64,000 nucleotides of DNA from Zancudomyces culisetae HAW-14-8 (taxonomy: Eukaryota > Fungi > Kickxellomycota). The notes below the pieces were generated by a model. The model was not told where the DNA came from. It saw only the letters and a program-made list of their open reading frames with translations, and did no database searches. Below, in pieces: positions 25,487-37,546 of the stretch. Within the stretch, counting starts at the first letter, position 1. Every line of letters starts with the position of its first letter. A program made the position numbers and the translations under genes. The stretch is from positions 1 to 64,000 of the forward strand of contig JBNJNM010000021.1 of the NCBI GenBank assembly GCA_052426225.1, given 5' to 3'.

Positions 25487-27944
25487 CTTATTTTATTTTT
25501 TGATTATTTCAAGCTATTCACCTTTTATCTAGGATAAAATTCTAAACTTTTTTGAATTGTAGAGATAGGATTCATTAAAAAAACTTGGACTTTTTATACT
25601 TTTTGTTGTTGTGCTCCTCTTCTTTGTAAGTATAATGGTGTATAGAATTAAAATTTACTAGTGAAAATAGCTAGATAGCTGGTAACAATGACTTACAACT
25701 ATTGTCATGATATCCGAATCAATGACGAATTCATTCCTCTATCAGCTCACTCAGAATAGTAGAACTATATTTAGATTATTATATTTATAAGTGTGTTAAT
25801 AGCTATCAGAGTTAACATGTAATAAGATAACTTGTTTTATGATACCTAATTTCAATGCTTTTACCTTGATGTTCTCTAAAAATTAAAGAAAAACAAAGGC
25901 TTTTACTTAGAGAACCAATATTTTTGGTCGTTTGCATTTGAACGAAAGCGAAAAAAAATTATTTTTAGTAATCTATTCCGGTTTTTGAGGGAAATGTGAA
26001 ATCTAAAAAAAGACATATCACAGTATAAACGGTACCGGTGGCATTCAGGGTTTGTAAATTATTTATCATGTACTAGATGACCCGAAGTACGCTTGTTTTT
26101 TTTTGAAATTGCATATTCTATTTTAAATCATATCGTAATCAGCATTTATAATTTGTTGAATATGTTGCATATACCTATATAATTGTGATACGAGAATATT
26201 TGTAATGATAGATGTACAGAGTGCTTACTGATTGGAAGCGTCATTCAAATTCTAGCGCTTAATTGATTGGCCCATTTTAAGCAAATATGGTTATTAACCT
26301 CACTTCGGGATTATAGTACGAATTATATTTATGCCTTTAGAGATAATTGACATATTAATTAGGCTCTTCTACATGTTAATTTCAAGACTAGGTAGGCGCA
26401 TGATTCTAATTTAGGTAATTTAATCTTTTTATAAATAAGATTTAATGAGCAACTTTTAAAAACAATCTTAAATGTTGAAGGAAAAAGGATCAACATTAAA
26501 AACTCGCAATTTCACGATAAATCGAACCGACACCTTGGAGTATACTATCGAAAGTATGAGGCTAGGGTAGTCTCCTGGTTGACCATGCCACATATAAAGA
26601 TTAATATTACTTTATTGGGCTTTGTTTACTTATAATTATAAGCCAAGTGTACTCTTTTTGATGAAAACATGTAAATATTTATTCATAAGGCTATTATTTA
26701 GACACTCAAAACAATTTGATTCAGTTCTTTTCTATCTTTGTAAGAATGTTTTGCACGTTACTTTAGCTTTCAAATAGCTTGGTATCGAGATATATTAAGG
26801 CCATTATTATTAGGTAAACTGAAAGCATCATTAGCATATGAATACATCACATTGTGTGATTTATAATACACCTTGATTTAAAACACGGGTTAATTCTACT
26901 CACTTATTAATAGAAAATGCCTTTGAATAATTTATTAGTGTAAGTGCTGTCTTTCTCGAGGCTAGAAACTCGAAATCTATCTTGTCTTTTAAAATGCTCT
27001 TTGGCCTTGTTAGTTATCTGGTGTATTCGTTGGTGAGAGGTATAGAAACGTAATTTTAGGTTCAAAACAGATTTGTAATTATTACCAATCTAATAATTAA
27101 ACCCAATGGCCACCTCTTGTCGGGAAGTATCGAAATAAAGAGTATTATTCCTTGGAATTGCAGGAACGGATCATTTTGTCGGTTTTACGTCTTTTTCAAG
27201 GACGTATAATAGTTTATGGGTCTATTTTCTCTTTTTAATGGGAATTTTGTGGAATAGTGTTATTTTTAGATGAATTAAAATATCGCTTTAGATAAACCTT
27301 TTCAAATAGTAAATCAAATTTGGATGTTATTATTTATTTATTTCAATTACGTAACCGTTTTTACTTGTTGGGATTTAATGCTTTTAAACTATCGGAACTG
27401 CGAAATCAAAAAATCGGAACAGAATTAGTGTTGATTAGATAAAAATTACAAAATTATTTTCAATCTACCAGTTACAGTAAGGGCACAATTCATGAGCAGA
27501 AAAAATTGCTCTACTACCTTATAAGATTACTAGTTCTAGTATACCACTACATTGTAAGCGAGGCTAGCAAATATAGAAAAGTTGTCAAAGATTAAAATTA
27601 GAAGCTATGAATTACATAACACCTAAATTATCATTTTTTAGTACACTTTCATTCAGCCTAATGCTTTGAAACTAGATGCTTTCTCGACTTTTTAAAATTG
27701 AACACTTTTTAAAATTTATTGAAAACACTACAATTGGACACCTTACGCAGTTTCAAGAATAGTATAGATGTAACAGAGAGAAAGGAAAAAGTGTAAAACG
27801 TTCAGAATATTGTTGAAACAAGATGTACATCAACAATTGAAGTTTCTTTATACAAGACAAAAAGACATATTATAGTCATCATCATTTTCATACTGCATCA
27901 GCGCATTAGCTTGTCACACTTTTATTTAAATTCGAGTATCAAAT

Positions 27945-28304
27945 ATGGTAAAGTCAACACTAGCACTTCTTGCGGCCGTAGTTTCTACGTTTCCAGTAAA
28001 TGCTAAATTCCAAACCCTGCATGCCAAAATATTTTCAGGATATCGATTTTCTGGTGCTGTCGTGGATGAACTCCAGATGGTAAAACATCAATGTTATAAC
28101 ATTAACCCTGGCAGATCGGGGCAATACCTTAACCCCACTGATGGATCAGGAGCACTTATAATGTGTAGGGAAAGAAATTGTCAGGGTGTATGTACGGCAA
28201 ACACCGATTTTATAAGAACCGGTCTTTGGGACTTCTATCTTGATGTCGGTACAAGCGTTCTTTCTATGAAATGGATAGCATTCGGTCTTGCCACCAACGA
28301 ATAA
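27945..28304 (+). CDS. Small secreted beta/gamma-crystallin-like family member 3
   Basis: Signal peptide ending VNA; FSGYRFSG Greek-key motif; GALIMC-RERN-CQGVC...SMKW. Confidence 0.9.
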   Translation: MVKSTLALLAAVVSTFPVNAKFQTLHAKIFSGYRFSGAVVDELQMVKHQCYNINPGRSGQYLNPTDGSGALIMCRERNCQGVCTANTDFIRTGLWDFYLDVGTSVLSMKWIAFGLATNE

Positions 28305-28617
28305 ATTATTACTTTAGAGCATAGTTTAGTTGGTAGTAAATTTGTTTTTATTTAATTTGAACGTATACTTGAATAAAGTTACAATTCTATTATCAAAATG
28401 ATTAGCATATTAACTTTAATATAGTTAACAAAGTGACACAAACACACAAAGATATAATTAATTTGAGTACAAAATTTACCTTGTCACAAATATACTAAAT
28501 ATCACAAAGATTAGTAGGTAAAAAACTCCAAATAATATCTACTAAGCATTTCTTACTCGACTTTCTCAAAGATTCTATACCTACTGGTAGTTTGTTAAAA
28601 GAGGTTATTCTAATATA

Positions 28618-29017
28618 TTTAGTTGAATGTATTGAAAACTTATTATTATTACACAAAACACCAGATATAATTATGTTTACTTAATCTTTATATAATTTTG
28701 AAACCTTTCCTAGATCATAAATATTTTGACTCGAAAAAATTTCCAAGTGTTAGCGATTTAGTATCTGACTGCGATCACTAAATTTATTTAGTAATTTCTA
28801 ACACGATAATAAAATTATTTTTGAAAATGAAGGGTTAAAAGTATGTAAATGGTTTTTCTTAATAAAAACAAAAGTGAAAGTAAAAGTATATTACCGATTA
28901 TTTTTCTACTTTCTTGATTCCTTACATTTATTTGTGTGCTAGATTGGGCAGAACTGGGTGAAACATAATTTTATCTGGATATTCGCAAAATAAATATAAT
29001 TTTCATTTCAAACTAAA
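28618..29017 (-). mobile_element. Solo DIRS 3'-terminal module (MITE-like)
   Basis: Diverged reverse-orientation homologue of 22529-22940 with the same ~60-bp inverted ends (TTTAGTTGAAT...GAAAACTTATTATTATT); absent from the sister duplication copy at ~41153. Confidence 0.75.
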
Positions 29018-29515
29018 CAAATTAGACTATTAATCTAGAATTTTTATTCTCGGCCAAGTCGTTGAGTATTAACCCTCAACTTTATGCGTTTAATTAGCCT
29101 GATTTCGGGCCTTTTCTTCATCGTTTCAGTTTTTATAGCTTTTTTTTATTTAATAGAAATTCTTAGTTTTCACATCTTTATACCGATAATAAGCTAATAA
29201 CTAGCGTTTATAAAATCTGGCATTTTGTAAAATGTATAAACTGAAGACTGACATACATTTTGTTACACTTACATTATATTATTAATAAGAAATTTTGACG
29301 AAATTTGACATAAGAATTTGGTGTAAAGTCAATTTATCCCTTTTCACACATAATCTATTTATTTATACTAATGTTTGGAATGTTTATTCATAAAAAAGTT
29401 TAAAAATAACAATAAAAGTTTCCTAAATCTGCTTTAAATCTTTAACCTTTAAGTATGTTTAAATTATGATCAAGTTGGGAAATGAAATCAAATCCATTTG
29501 TAGGTTTGAATCGCA

Positions 29516-29940
29516 TTAATTGTACGGAGTAATCCAAAAATAAGATACCGCATAGACTTGACCAATATAAAACCACGAATCATAAATCTCATTTCCACTA
29601 CTCATATTATGGACATAACAGCTGTCACTACATTTAATTCTCTACAGACCATAAAGGCACCTCTATTCTCATTCACACCAACCATTTTAACAGATGAAAA
29701 ATTACTCTCATTGTAGCATGTGTTTGGTTTGACATTAAAGGTACCTTTTAGGGCTTTGAAACCACCACCAACAAATAACTGAACTGCTATATTATCACGC
29801 CTAAAGTTTTTTTCGATAAGATTGGTTTCTAAAATTTGATCCTCATAGGCTGTTTGTAAGGTGTGGTAATTTGCACTTTGCGGCAAAGCTAAATAAAGTA
29901 TACCAATGCTGAATATACTGAGAATTACTGACTTGATCAT
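29516..29940 (-). pseudogene. Family member 4, with a 1-bp frameshift near 29633 (pseudogene or assembly error)
   Basis: Signal peptide; FVGGGFKA; PNTCYN; GAFMVCREL. Adding one base restores xCSDSCYVHNMSSGNEIYDSWFYIGQVYAVSYFWITPYN*, completing the family signature. Confidence 0.82.
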
Positions 29941-30329
29941 TTTGGCTTTTTTTTTTCGATGCTATTATGAATTGTTGATTATAATTCGGTTTTGATTTAC
30001 CTTCTTCCGACTTGAAAAAAAGTTCTCTTTTTATAATTTTCACAAACAAAGGGATGTACCTCCAACCATAATAATTTTTTACACTTTTGAGTATTGTAGT
30101 AATTTGCTTCGCTATTCTAGATACAATTAGTTTATGAACTACTCCCCAATATTAATCAGATGTGGTTATTGATTAACGTTTTAGTTGAGATATTTGATAT
30201 CATGAAGTCAGGTATATTTTTCTTCGATATAGAAAGTAAATATTTAGTGCTCTTTACATAGATGTGTAAATAATGGTTAACATTTGTTATAAATCTTTAT
30301 AAATAAACTAACCAATTCAATGTGGTGTC

Positions 30330-30430
30330 GTCTGTCTAATAATCTGAATGCCAATCATTTGTGCTAGCTGTGTAGAATATTGGGTGTGACTCCATTATAT
30401 ATTGACGCTCGCATAATAATATTAAGTTTC
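30330..30430 (-). mobile_element. Third remnant of the DIRS internal complementary/terminal region
   Basis: Reverse complement GAAACTTAATATTATTATGCGAG...CACACCCAA resembles 22546-22620. Confidence 0.5.
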
Positions 30431-31163
30431 TGTTCTGTCGGGTGAGGTTGGGGACAGCCTCATCCTTTGACGGGTTCTTTAGTTGCAAAAATACATGATC
30501 CATAATTCAGCAAATGGGACACGTGATATTTCGGGATCCACTTCCATAGAAGTGGCTCCCGAACGGTCACTATCAGATGAGTATCTGCCCTCATCTCTTT
30601 CTGACTGGATCCATCTGGGTCTAAATTTACTCATGAAGGCTGACATGTTAGTTGTGAGATTTTAATAGTTATTCTTGTTATTTTTTAAAGTTGTATTTAT
30701 GACTAGCCGTAGCACTATTCCTAATAAACTTGTGTTCTCAGTTACTACTTATATATCTTAATATTCTGTCTTCTATAAACTGTTATAAGAGATAAAGAAC
30801 CCTCTATAGTCTACTTTTGTTTATATATAGTATTTCAATAAAACCACTAATAGCTATACATAATTAACCTATGTTTGATTTTTGTTTTACTTTTTTCTTG
30901 CTTGTAGTTATGTTCTTACTTCCGTTATCATATTCAGTTTGTTTTTATCTCTGTGGTTGATTTTTAACTAATAATCTTTTTAGTTGTATTTTTCATTTTT
31001 CACTTTATAATTTTTATATTATTGTTTGAATTTTTTGGATTGAATTAATAATTGTAGTTGTAGTAGTGATTACAATGTAAATAATAATAGTTATTGTTTA
31101 TGTAGATAATAAAATATTATTTGAAATCATTTCATCCCGATCTACACCGGAACACACATGACA
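30431..31163 (-). mobile_element. Dispersed repeat copy C
   Basis: Reverse complement starts TGTCATGTGTG; contains AATAGTGCTACGGCTAG and RDEGRYSSDSDRSGATSMEVD. Confidence 0.7.
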
Positions 31164-31262
31164 GATCAAAAAAATAATGCAATTGTTTATAAATAGAAAA
31201 TGTTAATTTGTATTATTTCTAACACTAGTTATACCAGAGTTGTACTAATCAGTTTCAAAAAA

Positions 31263-31802
31263 TCAACAGAACACTGATTTTTCTTTTGAAAAAGGTCCAT
31301 CCCACCCTAATCCACAATTGTTCCAATGGCAGTATCTTTCATATGCAAGTGCATCCCATTTTTGGTCTACACAGATTTTGGTTCTCAAGCGTGTTTGCAT
31401 TCCGTTGCAGTCACTCACAGTATCGAGTTCAACACATCTCATATAGGTTCTAGCCAAAACTTTTACTGTAACACCAGCCTTGACCCAAGTACATATAGAT
31501 TCGCCTGTTCTCAGATTTGAATCAACATTAAAGCCAATATACTGACTGATTACACTATTAGGCAAATCGTGTCCTGAGTATTTTATTTGATTTCTGTCAA
31601 AGTCCTTGTATGAGAATGACCAGTACTTGAACCAGTCTCCCGCATTCATAGGTATTTCACCGCTCAGATCTCTCCAATATGTATGTTCCGTACAAGGGTA
31701 TGCGTTGGTGACTGTAACCTTACATGCTAGGTCTTTCTGAAAATCTGAGGATGCTAAGCAGAATTGCAATAACGCAACCAAAATCAATAGCTTTTTAAAC
31801 AT
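31263..31802 (-). CDS. Secreted cysteine-rich protein of unknown function
   Basis: Signal peptide MFKKLLILVALLQFCLA; 179-aa intronless ORF with many Cys and Trp; no recognised domain. Confidence 0.85.
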   Translation of the reverse strand: MFKKLLILVALLQFCLASSDFQKDLACKVTVTNAYPCTEHTYWRDLSGEIPMNAGDWFKYWSFSYKDFDRNQIKYSGHDLPNSVISQYIGFNVDSNLRTGESICTWVKAGVTVKVLARTYMRCVELDTVSDCNGMQTRLRTKICVDQKWDALAYERYCHWNNCGLGWDGPFSKEKSVFC

Positions 31803-33071
31803 GATAGAATGAGTTTAGAGTCTATAATCAAAGATATTTTAAAATAGTTAAACGATCTATATATTTTAACTACGGTAAAGGTTTCAATGTATTTTGGTTT
31901 TTAATAAAGAAAAAGTTGGAACATTTATACAAACAAAGCAAACTATTAAGAATATAACAAGAATCATTTTACTATTATATACAATACTGAATAGAATAAT
32001 ACATCGGATCAACATAGCTACTAATATTCTAAAGTAGTTATCAATCTATAAATAGACTCAAACAGTAAACCCTTGATAATATAATTTTGCTATTAGTAAC
32101 ACCTACGGGACCAAAATAACTACATGAACATAAAAATAAAGTTCATTGTGCTAGAGAGTTTCATAGTAGTTGCTTCGTGGTTTAATAATACATTATACAA
32201 AATAGGCGTTTATTTTATTCTACATTACAAACACAATGGATAAGTGATATAAGTAGTGGCTAATCCTTGTCGGGAAAAATGGAAATAATGGCTAGTGGAA
32301 TTGGAATGTTTACAGGACCGGGTAGTTTTGTCTATTTTACCTCTTTTCCAGGTGCACCCCCAATATTAGTTAATGTTTTTCCATTTAAGGCAGTATTATA
32401 AATATCAATATTATTTTTAGAAATGACACTATTATCTAAATCAGAGTTTTTTTTGAAAATACCGATACCATCAATGAGATATTTTACTCTCGTTTTCATT
32501 ACTTAAATTATTTCTTATTATGGAAAGATATTTTAAACGAATTAGATACAAAATCTGAAATCTAAAGTATTTACATAGAATTAGGTAACATTATAAATCA
32601 ATCAATCTACCAATGAAATAATACTAAACGCAACAATCTTTGTCTTTTATTTGCTAGTACTACAACGCTGGTACCTAAGTAAGTGTATTTAGAAAAATCC
32701 GATATACCATATTTAGGTTAAAAATAGTATTGTATATTACTAACTGTAATTATATCGTTTATGATTAAACCCTAATTTAGAAAGTTAGAGCAATAAATAC
32801 TCGTTTATACCGTTCTAAAATTAGAATCTTCCACTATCTCTTTAAAGATGACATAGGATATCCGTTAAATGTGTTTAAAGAGTAAAGCAGATTACAAACA
32901 AGAAAAAATAAAAGTATAAAATGGGTCAAGGTATCACTGTCAAAATAAAAAATCATCAACAGTTGAATATTCTTCAAGTGACAATTTTAAGCATAATCAT
33001 AATCATTTGTATTAAAATATTGCATTAGCAATCAGCTACAAACAACGCTCATTTTAAACTAGATATCAAAA

Positions 33072-33497
33072 ATGGTAAAATCAACACTCGCACTCTTCAC
33101 TGCTGCAGTTGCCACAGTATCAGTAAATGCTGCATCCGCTCCAAGACCAAGAGCAAATGTCGGACCTATGCAACCACCAATGGGACAGGTCCAGGACTTT
33201 GGAAGATATGCTCCACCATCTCGCCCTGCCTTTAACAACCGCTTTGCCGCTCCAGCCTACCGCAAGCGTGCTGACGAGGAGGAGGAAGTTGCACCAGCTG
33301 ACGACGATTCTGCTCAAACTGTTGATCCTTCAGCAGAAGGTGGTGATGCAGGAAATGGAACCGATGATCGTTGGTGGTATGGATACTATGGATACCCATA
33401 CTATGGCGGATACTACGGATATCCATCGTATGGCTACGGTTACGGTTACGGTTACAGCTATCCATACTACGGTGGATACTCTGGATACTACTACTAG
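33072..33497 (+). CDS. Secreted prepro-protein with a Tyr/Gly-rich C-terminal peptide
   Basis: Signal peptide; Pro/Arg-rich region; RKR; acidic spacer; 41-aa tail with 21 Tyr and 12 Gly; GC-rich coding composition. Confidence 0.9.
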   Translation: MVKSTLALFTAAVATVSVNAASAPRPRANVGPMQPPMGQVQDFGRYAPPSRPAFNNRFAAPAYRKRADEEEEVAPADDDSAQTVDPSAEGGDAGNGTDDRWWYGYYGYPYYGGYYGYPSYGYGYGYGYSYPYYGGYSGYYY

Positions 33498-34125
33498 GTT
33501 GATTTTTCTAGATAGTTGATATTTTTTCTTTCATCGTACCTGACCCTATAGTGATTTTAATGCATTTTTATAAACCCCTAGTTTTGACGTTTAACCAATA
33601 AAGGGTTTTACTAAAATAAACAATTAAAATTAAACAACAAATATGTTAGCAACAAACTTTATTATAAATTAAATCTCTTTTTTATTAAAAGCTAACTATA
33701 CAAATTATTGCCTGGAATAGCCAAAAATTGATAAGATTTATGAGTTCTCAAAGAGAGAAAAAACCTATTGAGCGAATTTTTGTTTTAAATGCTTTTCCTT
33801 GTAGTACAATTATAGTCTTTTTATGTTTATATTATTTATGATTCTCTTTAAGTGTGATTTTACGATATCGAGTTGACTCTTTGAGATAATAAGCTAAACA
33901 TTCGAAAAGATAAAACAAATTCTACCTTTACCAGTTAAATTGGCACTAGTCAAAAATTAACCCTTTAAACAGCCTTTTTTAATCTATGAATGTTTTGCAT
34001 TTGAGTGAACTCTTAATTGTCACTTTATTAGAGAGCAAGTTTACAAAGTCTAGAATTAATTATTCCTACTTGTTAAACTTTTTTCTAAAGCAAGAATCTA
34101 TTATGAAGCAAAACAATCTAGAATT

Positions 34126-34518
34126 TTATTCGTTTGGGACTTTTCCTGTTGATACCCATCTGATAGAAAGGGGGCCTGACTTGAGATCTTGAGGGAAATT
34201 CCACACACCCTGCGTTATAAAATCGGTGTTTACTGTGCATACACCGCTACAGTTTCTTTCTCTGCACATCAATAATCCTCCTGATTTATCAGTGGGATTA
34301 AGAAACCTTCCTGAGCCACCCTGCTTAATGTTATAGCATTTATGCTTTCTCATCTGGAAATTGTTTATTACACTTCCAGAATGGTCAATTGCTGAATATA
34401 TTGTAGCTTGCAAGGTTGGTCGAGAAGACATGGAATTGCAACCGCAATGACCTGATACTAGGAGTGTCTGAGTAGCTGAAAGAAGCTGGATGGCCAATGT
34501 GTAACTTGAAACGCGCAT
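34126..34518 (-). CDS. Small secreted beta/gamma-crystallin-like family member 5
   Basis: Signal peptide; clear paralogue of 27945/40507 (KHKCYNI, LNPTD.SG, MCRERNCSGVCT.NTDFI, SIRW, terminal NE). Confidence 0.9.
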   Translation of the reverse strand: MRVSSYTLAIQLLSATQTLLVSGHCGCNSMSSRPTLQATIYSAIDHSGSVINNFQMRKHKCYNIKQGGSGRFLNPTDKSGGLLMCRERNCSGVCTVNTDFITQGVWNFPQDLKSGPLSIRWVSTGKVPNE

Positions 34519-36299
34519 TTTTAGAGATTTTCTTTTTCTGTAATAAACTTTGTGGCTATTTTAATCTATTTTTATCAATTTTAGCTGAGGATGGAGTTTC
34601 AAACTAGGACTTTATCTATCGCTATTTATAATTTTTAGAGAACTAAACATTTGTAGGTCTAGTAAAGTATTGCTTTTAGTAGACTTTTCTATACAGTATA
34701 CCTTATTAGTAACAGGTGTGCTGATCAAAAGCATGTAGATCAAATACTAGGCAAAATTATTATAGATCGTACAATATATTGTAAGTTCAAACTTCTAGGT
34801 ATATTTTATTTAACAATTAAAAAGATATAGATTAACTATTAGCGAAAAAGTAAATAGACTATTGAAAAAGGAATATAAAAAATTAAAAATCTAGAAATAA
34901 AGTAGAAGAATAGTAAAATACTTCTTATCACCTCCGGTATCAGCAGAATATTTCCACTAGAGTGCAATAAGTCGTAGACTATAAACGAAGATTTAATTTA
35001 CATTTTGAAATTTTGAATGGGTGTTTGGAATAGATATTCCCGAATATTCCATCATTTTTCATATCTGAGCCATAATTTTAGTTTTAGGTAACTAAATAGT
35101 CTATTGGTTTATTTCAATATTAATACCAGCTAGACATGTCTGATAAAATAATGAACTAATAGATTCTAGATGTACGAAAATCAATTAATCTAGTTATAGT
35201 ATAACGAAAACTTCTAGACAGGTTGAGCAGCACAAAGGTATCATCTTTAGATTTGCAATATATTAAAATTTTGCATCCGTATATCTCTTGGTATAATTTT
35301 TGAATATCGCCAATTTCTGACTAGAAGGATAAGCTCTTGATATTATTTTAAAGCTTTCTAGAGTTAAAATGATGAACAGGAATGTTCTAGTACAAAGTAA
35401 TAACTCCGTTTACAATATTGTTGTAGTTGAAAGTATATATACTTATAGAGTATAGTTATAGTTTGTTTGAATATTAATTATAGTGGACAGGGCTTCTAGT
35501 GCATTTCAAGTAGATTCGATAAATATACTCTTACGAATAGTGTATTTGATTTGACAAAATTCAAACCGAAGCTAAAAATTGAGCTTTATTAGTGAACACT
35601 GATAAAAAATAAATGTTTTAAATACCTAAAACTGTTTTGTATTAGCCAAGCTTAACTATAATTTGGTCAACCAAACCATTTAACACACCAACGCAACTAG
35701 AATGTTCTAGATATTTTTGACTAGAGATAAAATTTAATTAACGAAAATACCATATTATGTTACACTTTCAAATTCTACTTCTGTTTGTTTAGTGTATTTT
35801 TACATCGTCAAGTGAATATAGGTATGTTTTTATTGTTATACTATACCTAAATTTAAAAACAAGTAGTGTAAATACTCTACTTTTCAGCTTATTGAAGAGA
35901 TAGAATACATATTAAAGTGCAAGAAATAAAAAATTTGGTTTAGGTTTGAATTTTTAGTGAAACGACACTAGCGCGAGTAAAATTATGTAGCCTACATAAT
36001 AATTCAGATCTAGGCAAGATAAATACGAATTTATTAAATATTAAAGTTGAGTTTCTCTGATATCAGTAATTTAATTTAGGTTTATTACTTTCTACTATTT
36101 GAGTGTGAGATCCACTATTTAATTAAAATTATTTTATACTAAGTGCAACATCCCAAAACCAAGTAAAACAGCACCAGAGTACACCGATATAGTGTTTTCA
36201 TATCAACCTATATCAGAATAATCAAAAAGGCATGTCAATATTTTAATTTGAATATGAAAACAACAGATAGACAAAGTGAATATACTAAATAAAATAAAA

Positions 36300-37043
36300 G
36301 TAAAAAGATACAGGTTGTTGAGCGAGTACGGTCTGATACTCGCCTGTTGTCGGGTTTTTCATTAGCAAAAAGGCTTGATCAGCAAGCTCTCTAAATGAGT
36401 CATGTGACTCTCTGGAATCCACGTCCATATTGGTGGCTCCAGAGCAATCACTGTCTGATGAATAACAACCTTCATCTTTGGCCTGTGTATCCACGCTAAT
36501 CTCAGTCTATGCATAAGACCTGACATATTAATTGAGATTTTAATTTTTAAAGTATTATAAGCTTAACTAGCCGTAGCACTATTATCTTTTTTAGTTATAA
36601 CTAAAACCAATATGTTATCCATTTGAAAATATTCTTTCTTTATTTTCTCCTTCACTTATAAAATATTAACTACTAAAAGAGCTAAGGAATCCTCATTGAG
36701 TATTCCTTCGCTTATATATATCCTATTTAATTAAACCCACTAAAACTAATTCAATCACCCTATTTTTAATACTTGTTATACAGAGTTTTTACCTGTGGTT
36801 TCGTTATTATATTCGTTTTCTTACTCTTGTTGTTCATATATTTGAATGTTGAGTTACTATAACCTTTTTAATTGTATTTTTCATTTTATAATTTTTTTTT
36901 TGATTAAACAGTTTTTTCCAATTCGCTAAATAGTATTGCAATATTAGTGATCAGCTTTAATTTCCTTTTGTTGATGATCATGTAGCAAATATAATATATA
37001 ATTTTATTAATGAATCCCTATTTACATCGGGATACACACGACT
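36300..37043 (-). mobile_element. Dispersed repeat copy D
   Basis: Reverse complement starts AGTCGTGTGTATC; ORF 36285-36494 reads KDEGCYSSDSDCSGATNMDVD...MKNPT. Confidence 0.7.
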
Positions 37044-37546
37044 TATTTTAATTTATACAATTTCTATTAGTTTTTTAAAAAAAAAAAATTATTAAATAAA
37101 CATTAATCAAACAAAGATTAAATTATAGTTTAAAATGGATAGCAAGAAGAGTATAAAAACTAATGCTAGTAGAAAAGAATTCAATTGACAAAATAATGTT
37201 GAGTACACAGAAAAATTACATTTAGGCTTCTTCACTCATAAAAACTAGAGTTTGGAGTCTCCATAGATTTATTAATTATAATTTAATGTTAATGTTTTAA
37301 TAAAACACAAAATACATCAAACTCTTCAGTTATCTTGATTTCACGCTTTAATATCAAATAAATTTATATTGATAAAGTAATAACTTAATCATCACTTTCT
37401 AGTACAACTTTGTATTTTCTATATTCCATTTAGGTACAAAATAACTGAAAATAATGTTTAACCCAAGTGTAAATGATTAATGCAAAAAAGTGAAACTATG
37501 CAGCAATAAAAGAGTTATGAACATTAGACGAGTGATTTTCATCAGT

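Larger units (their letters stand above)
24758..28612 (+). repeat. Segmental duplication 2, copy a (direct repeat of ~37213-41153)
   Basis: About 3.9 kb colinear, containing a divergently transcribed gene pair; a mosaic of identical and diverged blocks. Confidence 0.93.

Noticed and set aside
33120-33519. Three alternative ORFs over the Tyr/Gly gene
   Set aside because: Shadow frames; only 33072-33497 has a signal peptide, a good start context and a homologous leader.
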